DNA of 64,000 bases from a virus. The notes below the pieces were generated by a model. That model had not been told where the DNA came from. It searched no databases and was given only the letters and a program-made list of their open reading frames with translations. Shown one piece after another: positions 1 through 9,586 of this stretch (its first letter is position 1; every line of letters begins with the position of its first letter). The stretch lies in IMG/VR virus record IMGVR_UViG_3300045988_105796, one strand, 5' to 3'. The translations under genes and the position numbers were made by a program.

Positions 1-744
1 TAAATTATATATTACCTCATAAGCATTATTTATCTTAGGTTTATAAGTTTCTAATAATTCCTGATTGAAAGCTCTATCCAGATATAAACCATTCTTCTCT
101 ACAGTTTGTAATACCCTACTAGCAGGCATTATCATATTACGGAAAAGATTATACATATCCTTTTCTATAATCATTCTTTCGAAGAATATAGATAATCTGA
201 AAGTATAATCGGTATCTTGACAACCATATTGACATAGAGGTTCTAATGGTTTTTGATCCCAAGGTATCTTATCAAAACCCTTTTCACTTTCATAGTTAGC
301 AGCCCATGGTAAATATCTTTTTACCATATCTTTCAAACCATTTGGACGTTCTTCATTAAGAACATATTTAGCAAGCATACCATCTATCAAAGTACCTCTT
401 AGATATATACCATATTTTTCAAATATCTGTAAATCGAATTTAGCATTCCAAGCAATTTTAACGATATTCTTATTTTCAATTACTTCATGACCAAATCTTT
501 TTAGAGCCTTTAACCAATTCCATGTTCTATCAGTGTATTTCTTAGTTTCAAAATGATGTAAAGGTATTGAACATCCAAAACCTGGCATACAAGTTACTGA
601 TAATATGGTAGGCTTGAAATCCTTCTTATATATACCTTCTGCATTAGTCTCAAAGTCAATACAAGCATATCTAGTAGACTTACATAATTCTATAAGCCTA
701 TCTAAGTCTTTATATGATTTGATTATTTTATATTTAGTTCTCAT
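1..744 (-). CDS. Family A (Pol I-like) DNA polymerase: N-terminal 3'-5' exonuclease domain and start of the polymerase domain. The gene runs off the left edge, so its 3' end is missing.
   Basis: Not in the ORF track because it is truncated. Manual translation from the ATG at complement 742-744 gives MRTKYKIIKSYKDLDRLIELCKSTRYACIDFETN... It has DFET (Exo I), NAKFDLQIF (Exo II) and YGCQDTDYTFRL (Exo III) in Pol I order, then LQTVEKNGLYLD, which is typical of the start of the polymerase domain. Confidence 0.8.
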   Translation of the reverse strand, partial: MRTKYKIIKSYKDLDRLIELCKSTRYACIDFETNAEGIYKKDFKPTILSVTCMPGFGCSIPLHHFETKKYTDRTWNWLKALKRFGHEVIENKNIVKIAWNAKFDLQIFEKYGIYLRGTLIDGMLAKYVLNEERPNGLKDMVKRYLPWAANYESEKGFDKIPWDQKPLEPLCQYGCQDTDYTFRLSIFFERMIIEKDMYNLFRNMIMPASRVLQTVEKNGLYLDRAFNQELLETYKPKINNAYEVIYNL

Positions 745-764
745 CTCTACATATTACTAAAGAT

Positions 765-809
765 TAAAAATAAAAACGGGTATACCTAATATCACTACTA
801 AGTATACCC
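765..809 (-). terminator. Rho-independent terminator after the TS-fold gene
   Basis: Perfect 8-bp stem GGGTATAC (778-785) / GTATACCC (802-809). On the minus strand it is followed by GTTTTTATTTTT. Confidence 0.5.
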
Positions 810-839
810 TACCGAATAATAACTAATGAGCCACGAACA

Positions 840-1589
840 TTATACCTTATCCTTCATAAGATCATCTATAGATGATTTTAATAAAGGCCAGTCTTTCTTG
901 TAACAATGAAGAGAATCTATAGTATGAATGAGCATACCTGGTTTAACTCCTACCTTCTCTGCTACATATTCCATCATACACCATGCAAGATATACATCAT
1001 CTCCAAAATGTTGAACAAAATCTGAACTTCTCTGATGATAAGTAAGATTTAATCTTCCTTCTCTAACAAAGAAACCATAATATACTGAACAAGGGATTCT
1101 CTTATTACCTTCATAATAATTACAATCATTTCCAGTAAATATAGGGAGAACTGCTTTACGAGTATCTGGATCTGTTTTTAGCAATTCAATAACTGCTTCA
1201 AGAGCTGTAAGATTTTCTCCTCTGTATTTTACAAATCTATTGATACGATCTGCATAAGTATAATCGAATTTACCTTGTTTATCCAAGAATTGTTCCCACA
1301 TATCTTTTCTTTCAAGATAAGCAGTTCCAGGATTAACTGGATGACCACTGATTCTCTCTTTGAATTCCATCTCTGCCCATTTCTTAGCATGAGTGAAAAC
1401 AAATAGGTATTCTACATCAGGTAGATTTGTAATACAGTACTGTTTACAAAATTCTTCCTTAGTAATAAAATCTTCATTACCCTCGATCACTTTGTTCTGA
1501 TAGGTTTTAGGTTTAACCTCTGTACCCATTTCCCAAAGATCTCTGCTCATCTCTGACATGAGCTCTCTTGCATTACTATAAATACGCAT
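840..1589 (-). CDS. Thymidylate synthase (ThyA) fold enzyme. The active site looks like deoxycytidylate hydroxymethylase (T4 gp42-like) rather than a true dTMP synthase.
   Basis: Core IPCSVYYGFFVREGRLNLTYHQRSSDFVQHFGDDVYLAW. The catalytic Cys and the QRS Arg are 20 residues apart, as in ThyA. An Asp sits where ThyA has the specificity Asn (by-eye alignment). The length is 249 aa. Confidence 0.65.
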   Translation of the reverse strand: MRIYSNARELMSEMSRDLWEMGTEVKPKTYQNKVIEGNEDFITKEEFCKQYCITNLPDVEYLFVFTHAKKWAEMEFKERISGHPVNPGTAYLERKDMWEQFLDKQGKFDYTYADRINRFVKYRGENLTALEAVIELLKTDPDTRKAVLPIFTGNDCNYYEGNKRIPCSVYYGFFVREGRLNLTYHQRSSDFVQHFGDDVYLAWCMMEYVAEKVGVKPGMLIHTIDSLHCYKKDWPLLKSSIDDLMKDKV

Positions 1590-1626
1590 GTTTATTAATA
1601 TTTAATTGTTATATTCTTTTATAGAA

Positions 1627-2559
1627 TTAGCCTTTTCTATGTAGCTTAGCTAAATACTTCTTCTTATATTTCTTTCTCTGAGAATAAGTTATACAATTCT
1701 CTGGATATTCAATATCGTCATTTTCTATAACCAAATCTTTAGCTAGTAAAGGCTTATACTCAAATAAATCTGGACGCATTACCTTGAAACTTCTTAGGAA
1801 TACCTTATAAGTAGAGAATTCCTTCTCAGTACCTTTCATGAACTTATCATATACTTCTTTTATTCGGGTATACCATTCAGTGGTTTTATCCATCTTCTTA
1901 GTAACCTTCTTAAAAGATTTATGACCTCCACAGTACATAAGTAATGTTTCTATATTACCATACATCTGAGTAGCAAATATGTTGATCTGTACTCTCTGAT
2001 CTTTACCATAAACATATTCTGCCATTCTTTGTATTAGCAAGAGATCAAACATCAATCTCTTAGTAATCTCAGAAGCTCTCAGTACCATAGTAATAACTGG
2101 TATATCTTCTGAAAATCTCTTACTAAAGGTAGCAGCTAATAAGCATTGCTTACCATTATTATGTTTATTGTGGAAGAGGAATGATACATTGTAGTTTTGA
2201 TTATATCCTACAGTCTTCATCTTTATCTGAGACTTCAATAGATCTAACTGATTAAAGTCTAAGTAATTGTTTAAGAGTACGGTCCATTTTGATTGTGTGT
2301 AATTAAAATGGCGACCAAAATCGAAACTAGGATCAACCCAAGCATTTCTAATTTTAATGAATATGTTATATACTACTGCTACACCTGCATTAGCCACAGC
2401 TCCCTTGTTAAAGAGCTGTGGATCTAATGTTATAAAACCTTCGTTTAACTTCTCCCATGCTTCAGTAGAGGTAGCAAACTCTAAATCATGTACATGTTCA
2501 GAAGCATCAAAGGTCATGTTCTCAAATTTTTTATTCCATCCTCCCATATTAATAACCAC
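1627..2559 (-). CDS. Hypothetical protein; possibly a second, very divergent TS-fold protein
   Basis: Long ORF coupled to its neighbours. The segment GKQCLLAATFSKRFSEDIPVITMVLRASEITKRLMFDLLLIQ loosely mimics the TS Cys...R-S-x-D...(N/D) spacing. Confidence 0.6.
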   Translation of the reverse strand: MVINMGGWNKKFENMTFDASEHVHDLEFATSTEAWEKLNEGFITLDPQLFNKGAVANAGVAVVYNIFIKIRNAWVDPSFDFGRHFNYTQSKWTVLLNNYLDFNQLDLLKSQIKMKTVGYNQNYNVSFLFHNKHNNGKQCLLAATFSKRFSEDIPVITMVLRASEITKRLMFDLLLIQRMAEYVYGKDQRVQINIFATQMYGNIETLLMYCGGHKSFKKVTKKMDKTTEWYTRIKEVYDKFMKGTEKEFSTYKVFLRSFKVMRPDLFEYKPLLAKDLVIENDDIEYPENCITYSQRKKYKKKYLAKLHRKG

Positions 2560-3442
2560 TATTTTGACGGAAATGATTTACTCTGTTTTTCTTAAAACAT
2601 AGAGTATACAAAGTCTTAGGAATAAATCCCATTGTATAGAGATAACCCAGGTACTTAATTAATCCCAATGCTAATTGTTCACTATATCTAGTGATATCTG
2701 TTAATTCCTGTGACTGTTTCCAAGGTTTATTCTTTAAGAAGTTTCTAGATATATTAATATGGTATGCTACTCCCCACAACATATGATCTTCGCAACGATG
2801 AAAATCTTTATTGCTAAATCTAAAAGCAGGTATATATGAATTTACATGATCTACATCTAAGCCCATATCTTCAATATTAGCTTCGCTTAGAAGATTATAT
2901 CGGTAGTCCATATCTTCTAATTCTTCTTCTTTACCTTCAAGATCAAACATATAACTACCTAATAACATTAGATCAAGCATATTCTCAACTTTATCTCTGT
3001 TAATTCTAGCTACTAAATCCTTTAATTTAGCATTAGCATAGTTATAAATATCTTTAATCTCAAGATTAGCATACATCAACAAAGCCATATAAAAAGCCAT
3101 AGCATCTGCCTGCTCTTCATTGGAATTCTGAAGATTATTAGCTACCATTTGCCATTCAGAATCACTAAAGGTTTGGTTATTAAAACCATGATCTTGATAC
3201 ATATCAATAACTGCAGAAGTAGATTCATAACCCTCTGCTGTTTCCTCAATTACTCTTGCAGAAAAATCCTTTAGTACCTGTTGACCTTTGAAAGTATTAA
3301 TATCAATAGGAGGTAGTGGTAGATCTTTTTCGATCTTACCACAATATCCTTGCAATAGTTCAGCCTCTAGATTATATATAGCTTCTAAATAAGCTTCCTT
3401 TTCTACTACTGTAGGTATTTCTCTAATATTTCTAATATCCAT
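2549..3442 (-). CDS. All-alpha NTP pyrophosphohydrolase (MazG / dimeric dUTPase-dCTPase-like)
   Basis: Acidic metal-binding motifs IEETAEGYE and NEEQADAMAF, plus a C-terminal LKNKPWKQ motif typical of dimeric dUTPase-type enzymes. It sits inside the nucleotide-metabolism cluster. Confidence 0.5.
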   Translation of the reverse strand: MDIRNIREIPTVVEKEAYLEAIYNLEAELLQGYCGKIEKDLPLPPIDINTFKGQQVLKDFSARVIEETAEGYESTSAVIDMYQDHGFNNQTFSDSEWQMVANNLQNSNEEQADAMAFYMALLMYANLEIKDIYNYANAKLKDLVARINRDKVENMLDLMLLGSYMFDLEGKEEELEDMDYRYNLLSEANIEDMGLDVDHVNSYIPAFRFSNKDFHRCEDHMLWGVAYHINISRNFLKNKPWKQSQELTDITRYSEQLALGLIKYLGYLYTMGFIPKTLYTLCFKKNRVNHFRQNSGY

Positions 3443-3445
3443 AGT

Positions 3446-4027
3446 TTAATCTCCCTCTATATCGCTTGGATGAGTTGGTTCATATGTTCTACCTCCTTTA
3501 TCACCAGAGCCAAATCCATTAGTACCTCTAGTTCCCCAATTCTTTGATTCCTTTTCATAGGTATCATTATCTATCTCTTCTGGATTTGTAAGATAGATAG
3601 GAGTATGAATCATCTGTACCAAAGGTTCTCCAGCATTTATAGTTACTACTTGAGATGAGGTATTATAAACTGCCAAGTTATATTCACCTACATAAGGAGA
3701 ATCACAAATCTGAGCAGTAAAGATCAAACCTAATTTAGTAGATTTGCCAGATTTATTAGCTACCATCATCATTGAATCTTTTGGCTCTAATAAACCCCTA
3801 ATACCTGAAGGAATCTTAATCCTTGACTGTGGTTTAAGGTGAATCATAGTAACCTTTCCACCTTTTATACTAATGTTGAAAGCAGAAGGATCTGGATTTG
3901 CTTCAAACAAGTCTCCAATAGTTAAATCAGTTGGTACATAGAAGTCTAAACCAGCATCTCCTTCATTGTGACGAGTTGGTGATTTAACCTCTCTTACTTT
4001 TGTAAATCTAAATTTTGTTGTTGACAT
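3446..4027 (-). CDS. dut: Trimeric dUTPase / dCTP deaminase superfamily enzyme
   Basis: GDAGLDFYVP, ANKSGKS, ICDSPYVGEY and GEPLVQM motifs in the canonical dUTPase order. Confidence 0.8.
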   Translation of the reverse strand: MSTTKFRFTKVREVKSPTRHNEGDAGLDFYVPTDLTIGDLFEANPDPSAFNISIKGGKVTMIHLKPQSRIKIPSGIRGLLEPKDSMMMVANKSGKSTKLGLIFTAQICDSPYVGEYNLAVYNTSSQVVTINAGEPLVQMIHTPIYLTNPEEIDNDTYEKESKNWGTRGTNGFGSGDKGGRTYEPTHPSDIEGD

Positions 4028-4295
4028 AATAATATATTATTTGATGTAAAACGTCTCCATAGGTAAGTTCATCTATCTCTTTATATGTAATAGGTATAAA
4101 ATCTTCAGTACCTACGATTTCTTCTAGTTTCTTATTTATATTTTTAATAAAACTACTAACGTCAGTTTTCTTCATAAATACTTTGATAAGTATATCAGAT
4201 TGCTGAACCATGTAGTTTGGATTATTCAAATACCTACAGAATAGATACCAGATATATGGTATCATTTCCTTTATTAGTCCTTCTTGTTTATTCAT
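4008..4295 (-). CDS. Hypothetical protein
   Basis: 95-aa ORF overlapping both neighbours (translational coupling). Confidence 0.6.
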   Translation of the reverse strand: MNKQEGLIKEMIPYIWYLFCRYLNNPNYMVQQSDILIKVFMKKTDVSSFIKNINKKLEEIVGTEDFIPITYKEIDELTYGDVLHQIIYYYVNNKI

Positions 4296-4666
4296 TTCAT
4301 TTCTTTATAAATTTTCCTGATAGTTTTAGTAGGTACTTCATATTTAGCAGAAGTCTTCTCTACTATTTTCTTCCTATCAAAACCTTTTCTCTTTAATCCC
4401 CTAATATATTTCTTAATTGCCTTAACATCTTCGAGGATTTCAAGATCCTTATAATTATTCTCTTCTTCTAATTGTTTACGAGTTTTACCTAATGTCTGAG
4501 ACATCTTCAAACAACATAACTCAGAATCTCCACACATCCTACACTCTTTAGTAGTAAGATTATAACCTTTACCAAAGCAAGGATCTTTATCAGTACCGAT
4601 CTTTGATAAATCAAATGGTTCCAGGGGATCATGTTTAAGTAAATCTACTCCTTTACTCTTTTTCAT
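4292..4666 (-). CDS. Hypothetical protein with a Cys cluster and a basic C-terminus
   Basis: CFGKGYNLTTKECRMCGDSELCC followed by a Lys/Arg-rich tail. Possibly a nucleic-acid binder. Confidence 0.6.
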   Translation of the reverse strand: MKKSKGVDLLKHDPLEPFDLSKIGTDKDPCFGKGYNLTTKECRMCGDSELCCLKMSQTLGKTRKQLEEENNYKDLEILEDVKAIKKYIRGLKRKGFDRKKIVEKTSAKYEVPTKTIRKIYKEMK

Positions 4667-5243
4667 TTTTTATACTTTTAATTCCTTTATTGCAAATAGT
4701 TCTTGTTAAATACTTCTTTCTATCCTCTTGATAGCCTTCTGTATTTGTATATCCACAACATTTCATCTCAGGACAAAACCCTCTATATAAACAGGAAGGT
4801 ACACAATAACGAGCAAGTATAGGCTCTATTTTAGATAGCTCATCTATAACCATATTCCAAGCTAATCTAGTTACTTTATCAGCTCGATTACATAATCTTA
4901 CCTTAGATATGTTAATAAGTTCTTGAGCATTCATATAGAGTATCATATTAACAGGATCTGTTTGTTTTCGTGTAGATCTATCAACTCCAGTTATATCTCC
5001 TCTTGAGGTTGATACAAAAGGCTGAGCATGTACATGTCTTACTAAGTGACCCATGTTACAATAAGGGATATCCTTTATAGTTATCTCAAAATTTAATAAC
5101 CTCAAAGGAGAGTGTTCAGCTACTATCATATCTTCCTTAAAATTCTTGGAAGGTTCTTTCATTAAAGGGGCAAGGTTCTGAGTGAACCTTGCTGCATTCA
5201 GTACATCATTCCAAGATGTTTTACGTATTACGTTTACTTGCAT
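4653..5243 (-). CDS. thyX: Flavin-dependent thymidylate synthase (ThyX)-like protein, divergent
   Basis: AEHSPLRLL and LVRHVHAQPFVSTSR resemble the ThyX HxSxxE and RHRxxSxxxxSxR motifs, but the second Arg and one Ser are substituted. The protein is only 196 aa. Confidence 0.5.
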   Translation of the reverse strand: MQVNVIRKTSWNDVLNAARFTQNLAPLMKEPSKNFKEDMIVAEHSPLRLLNFEITIKDIPYCNMGHLVRHVHAQPFVSTSRGDITGVDRSTRKQTDPVNMILYMNAQELINISKVRLCNRADKVTRLAWNMVIDELSKIEPILARYCVPSCLYRGFCPEMKCCGYTNTEGYQEDRKKYLTRTICNKGIKSIKNEKE

Positions 5244-5264
5244 TATAAATCTAAAGTTAATATA

Positions 5265-5651
5265 TTAAACAACTTCTATAAGTTTTCTCAAAGCTTTGAA
5301 CACTTGGTGATCAGATTTCTTTGAATATAACCAATCCAAAGCCTTTAGTAAACGTTGATCATCCTCTACTGATAGGGTTATGGTTAATTGTCTAAACATA
5401 TCAGAAGGTATATCTTCATTAGGATATTTCTTCTGTAGAACCTTCTCTACATATAACCATTGATAGTTAGCCTTCTTAATAAGGTTAAGATTAGTCCTAT
5501 CCTTCTCCATCTGAGATTTAATCTTATTACAATCATTTAAGATCTCCTTAAATACTTCTCCATGAAGACCTAATAGGTTCTTTACTCTAGTCAGTGTATC
5601 TTTACCAACTAAACATTCTTCTAGTTTCTTTTCTAGTTCTGTACTTAACAT
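5265..5651 (-). CDS. Hypothetical protein
   Basis: 128-aa ORF in the operon. Confidence 0.6.
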   Translation of the reverse strand: MLSTELEKKLEECLVGKDTLTRVKNLLGLHGEVFKEILNDCNKIKSQMEKDRTNLNLIKKANYQWLYVEKVLQKKYPNEDIPSDMFRQLTITLSVEDDQRLLKALDWLYSKKSDHQVFKALRKLIEVV

Positions 5652-5653
5652 AA

Positions 5654-5968
5654 TTACTCTTCGTTTAAGTTTTTAATATTTTTTACTATAATTCCTTGGT
5701 TTTCTATTTCCTGTTGGATATACTTCTCTATCTTCTGAGCTTCTTCATAATTCTCTTCAGATATGAATTGATTCTGTATATCCTTTAACTGTTTTAGGTA
5801 CAGGGTACTTAGATAGTTCTTTATCATGTACTGATTACATAATAATACTCTGTATTTATTATCTAACTCCCGTACCTTATCAAAATAATACTTATGTATA
5901 TTACTTAATACTACTAACAGTAATAGATTGAGTATTATAAGAAGTATACTTATGATTGTATTAATCAT
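5654..5968 (-). CDS. Hypothetical membrane-anchored coiled-coil protein
   Basis: N-terminal hydrophobic helix IISILLIILNLLLLVVL, followed by a charged helical region. Confidence 0.6.
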   Translation of the reverse strand: MINTIISILLIILNLLLLVVLSNIHKYYFDKVRELDNKYRVLLCNQYMIKNYLSTLYLKQLKDIQNQFISEENYEEAQKIEKYIQQEIENQGIIVKNIKNLNEE

Positions 5969-6052
5969 TGCTTTATTTATTAAATTAATAATATGCTCAT
6001 TAGCCTTAAGCTTTATATCTTTCCCTAAAAGAAAAAGATATAATCTATTAGT

Positions 6053-7534
6053 CTATGCCTTAGCCTTGAAAGTATATTTGGTATATAACCTTGCTAGATT
6101 AATCACTTTCAATTTCTCTTGCCTATAGTATCTAGCTCTCTTTTTAGAATGTCTTCCTAAATATCTACCGGGATATTGAATATCATCTAGATAAACTCTA
6201 TTCTTACCCTCATAGGTTCTTACCAATCGTCCAAGGAATTGTATAGATTTCTCCTGTGAGTTCATCCCTGCTGCATTAATCATATATCTCAGTTTAGGGA
6301 AGTTCTTACCTCTGGCAATGATTGTAGTAGATATTAATATATCTATCCTACCTTCCCTAAAATTTTCCATTATACTTTTTCTTATATTAGCAGGAGTATT
6401 TACATGCACATAAGCAACTTTATATCGTAGATCTAGTGCATTAGATAAATACTTATATAAGTTTTCACAGTGTTTAATATATTTGCAAACTATGAGTGCT
6501 GGTAATCTACCATAAGTTATATTATATTTTAACCTATCCAATACTACCTTATAAGAATCTTTGTTCTCAATTACATTGGCATCATATTCTTCTTGATATA
6601 CTTTTATCTCTTTATAATTCTTAGGATATAAATCTATACAGGGTACCAGTTTAACTATAGTGTTAGTTGAATGACCAACCTTTATAGAATCCTTTATAGT
6701 AAACTTAAACATCTCTTTACCAAAGAAAGCCTCAAGATTCATATTCTTAAGTTTATCTTTAGCAAGGTTACTCATATAGATGGTACCTGATAAGCCTATT
6801 CTTACTCGAGTATTATATAGGTGAGTTAAAACGGTTTGGTACATTTTACTACCGGCTAAGTCAGCCTCGTCTACTAATACCATATCTACTTTAGCTAACT
6901 CATTCTGGTACTTCTTAATATTACGTGATATAGATTGTACCATTCCTATGCTAAAGTTAGACCAGTTCTCTACCTTACTACCTTGAATAAAGGTTATATT
7001 TTCATCTGGTAAATATTGCTTAAACTCTTTCTGAGATTGTCTTAGCCAATCAGCATCTTGAGTTATCAATAGTGTTTTAAGTTCTCTACCATAACTGTAA
7101 TATAAAGAAGACATTAGTAAACTCTTACCAAAGTTAACTGCAGCATTTACTACTCCGATATGAAAAGGTATATCTGCTATCTTATATTTTAAGATATTTT
7201 CTAGAGCCTGTAATTGTTCTTTACGTAAACTATAGTTACCAATGTTTTTAACTATCTTAGCTTTAGGTATAGGTCTTCTAGTATCTATGATTTTAATCTT
7301 CAATCCATATTCTTTCAACATTTGATAAACCCTTGGTAACATACCTATCTTAAATACTCCATATTTATTTAAGAAGTGTACTTTACCATCCCAGCCTCTA
7401 ACTTTCCTCATTAGATAAAAAGCTTGAGGATGTTTGATACTAAGTTCATCATATAACTTTACTGCATACTTTTGAGGTATATCTAATTCACACTCATTGC
7501 AGTTTTTAATAATGATCCTATTCATCTTCATCAT
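6053..7534 (-). CDS. Superfamily 2 DEAD/DExH-box DNA helicase
   Basis: Walker A NAAVNFGKS, Walker B VLVDEADL, motif III LSGT, motif VI QFLGRLVR. Confidence 0.8.
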   Translation of the reverse strand: MMKMNRIIIKNCNECELDIPQKYAVKLYDELSIKHPQAFYLMRKVRGWDGKVHFLNKYGVFKIGMLPRVYQMLKEYGLKIKIIDTRRPIPKAKIVKNIGNYSLRKEQLQALENILKYKIADIPFHIGVVNAAVNFGKSLLMSSLYYSYGRELKTLLITQDADWLRQSQKEFKQYLPDENITFIQGSKVENWSNFSIGMVQSISRNIKKYQNELAKVDMVLVDEADLAGSKMYQTVLTHLYNTRVRIGLSGTIYMSNLAKDKLKNMNLEAFFGKEMFKFTIKDSIKVGHSTNTIVKLVPCIDLYPKNYKEIKVYQEEYDANVIENKDSYKVVLDRLKYNITYGRLPALIVCKYIKHCENLYKYLSNALDLRYKVAYVHVNTPANIRKSIMENFREGRIDILISTTIIARGKNFPKLRYMINAAGMNSQEKSIQFLGRLVRTYEGKNRVYLDDIQYPGRYLGRHSKKRARYYRQEKLKVINLARLYTKYTFKAKA

Positions 7535-8357
7535 TTATTTTATTCCACAAACTACCTTCTATAGCATTGATATAATCTTCCTTAGAAGATTCAGAATGTT
7601 TGTACATAAACTTAGTGTAATAACCATAAGCCTTATCATTTACTAAGTTCTGAGGTTCTGGCATACCATTACACCAAGCTAATCCTTCAAATTGAGCATC
7701 TATCCAATTCCTATAATCTATATCTTCTTCGTTACACTTATTAGCTACATCCTTGAAGTAAGCATATAGACTTGGTTGATTGGTATAATCAACTCTAATA
7801 CCAGTTCTGTTTACAATGGTTTTACAATAATAATCATGTATCTCTTTAGTAAATTCAGGATCTGAATCTTCTAATAACTCCTGTTTAGATTGATAAGTCT
7901 TAGAAATTTCTTCAGACATGTTTAATAAGCTGTTAAGATAAGATTTATGATTCCTATTTTTTAATAGGTTTAATCCTGTCTTAATATACTCAATGTAACC
8001 TGCTCGGGTTTCTAATTCAAAATCCTTACAGAAGGTATTACAAATATCGGCTAACTTTTTACAACTTGCCCACAATCTTGGTTGAGATTCTTCTATCTTT
8101 CTAACACCTTTGAACTTCATACTTACTTGAACAGAGTAGAAGATGTTAGCTGCAAGGTTAGCATCACCCAAGCTTGCTAGAGCAATATTATTAGCTTTCT
8201 TTCTATTCTTACTGCTTTTAATCAACATAATTCTAGTATTTACAGCACTTTGCTTAGCATTAACGAAAAAATCCTCCACTGGGAAGGATTTTACACCAAG
8301 TTCTTTTAATAATTCCTTGAACTTAGTTTTTGTTATGTGTATACTGGGATCTCTCAT
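7518..8357 (-). CDS. Hypothetical protein of the replication module
   Basis: 279-aa ORF overlapping the helicase gene. Confidence 0.65.
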   Translation of the reverse strand: MRDPSIHITKTKFKELLKELGVKSFPVEDFFVNAKQSAVNTRIMLIKSSKNRKKANNIALASLGDANLAANIFYSVQVSMKFKGVRKIEESQPRLWASCKKLADICNTFCKDFELETRAGYIEYIKTGLNLLKNRNHKSYLNSLLNMSEEISKTYQSKQELLEDSDPEFTKEIHDYYCKTIVNRTGIRVDYTNQPSLYAYFKDVANKCNEEDIDYRNWIDAQFEGLAWCNGMPEPQNLVNDKAYGYYTKFMYKHSESSKEDYINAIEGSLWNKINDEDE

Positions 8358-8587
8358 TATTTATATCCTCGTATTTTATTTACTATTTCTTTATCAGCTC
8401 TACAAAATATAGTCATACCTAAAGCTGCCGATATAATAGCATAAAGTAGGGTTAATACCACTGATAAGATTCCTTCGGGTATATAGATTACTATTAATAG
8501 AATAACTCCGAACCAGATCAGTATAGCTAATACACTGATTAAACCTATTAACAGGTTGGTTAAAAATTCTTTAATAAATGATTTCAT
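8357..8587 (-). CDS. Small membrane protein
   Basis: 76 aa with two hydrophobic helices. Confidence 0.55.
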   Translation of the reverse strand: MKSFIKEFLTNLLIGLISVLAILIWFGVILLIVIYIPEGILSVVLTLLYAIISAALGMTIFCRADKEIVNKIRGYK

Positions 8588-8628
8588 ATTATTTTTAATT
8601 ATTGTTATATACTAATATTGGATTTACC

Positions 8629-9582
8629 TCAATCCAAAGAGTTCTTGATTCTAATAAGTTCTTGATAGTCTTGGTATCTAGTGTTATATACTAATTTAAG
8701 CACTTCTGTTTTACCAAGATCATTGCAATCTTTACCATCTGGAAGAAACACTACCTTTACTTTCTTAAAATCTACTAATTTTAAGGCAAGGCTTATAGCA
8801 TAATGTTTAGCATCTGGATCAAGTAATATTATAATATGCTCTACTGGAGCTTTAATAATTTCATTTACTTGATAAGCAGATATGGCTTTACCCATAGTAG
8901 CTATACCTCTTTCACCCATAGTCAAAGCATTGATTGCACCTTCACATAAGTAGACTGACTTATACATTTGCATAGCGTCAAAATTGAATATAAGAAACTC
9001 CTTCCCAAGCCCAGTGATGTCCTTATTTGGATTGTTGTATCTTGGACCTGTTCCCATAACGTTACGGGCATTGTAATAGCGAAGCTCTCCATTGTAGTAA
9101 AATGGTATAATGAGATACCCAAATAACGGTCCTTCGTTACAGTACCCAATGCCAAGTCTAGACAATCTATCAATTTGAAAACCTCTCTTTCGGATATACC
9201 TTTGCATTCCAAGAGCCAGTTGACTGGTACCAAAATTGATATTACGGAATCCTTCTGGTAGATATACGGGCTGTTTACTCGGCAACTCGACTTTCTCCTC
9301 TTTAAACTCCAGTTCATCAAAGTTTCCATTGTTCAAATATTTAATAAGTTCACTATACGTTTCTAAGTTCTCTATATCCATTACCATTTGAGCAGGGTTA
9401 GGATGAGAGTTACATCTGAAACAATTACACCTATATAGAGATAGATTAACTCCCATCTTTTCTTCTCTGCCACAGTATGGACAAACGGGTACTCTTAACC
9501 ACCCATGTTTATACTCAAAAGCTCCTAACCTTTTTATAAAGTAGGAGTACAATTGAGACTTAAATTTAGAGGTTATCTTCAT
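8629..9582 (-). CDS. DnaG-type DNA primase (zinc finger plus TOPRIM)
   Basis: Zinc finger CPYCGREEKMGVNLSLYRCNCFRC. TOPRIM residues YLCEGAINALTM and IILLDPDA. Confidence 0.8.
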   Translation of the reverse strand: MKITSKFKSQLYSYFIKRLGAFEYKHGWLRVPVCPYCGREEKMGVNLSLYRCNCFRCNSHPNPAQMVMDIENLETYSELIKYLNNGNFDELEFKEEKVELPSKQPVYLPEGFRNINFGTSQLALGMQRYIRKRGFQIDRLSRLGIGYCNEGPLFGYLIIPFYYNGELRYYNARNVMGTGPRYNNPNKDITGLGKEFLIFNFDAMQMYKSVYLCEGAINALTMGERGIATMGKAISAYQVNEIIKAPVEHIIILLDPDAKHYAISLALKLVDFKKVKVVFLPDGKDCNDLGKTEVLKLVYNTRYQDYQELIRIKNSLD

Positions 9583-9586
9583 ATCA

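Noticed and set aside
8922-9329. 135-aa same-strand ORF nested within the primase gene
   Set aside because: It lies entirely inside the well-supported primase ORF in another frame, with no independent signals.
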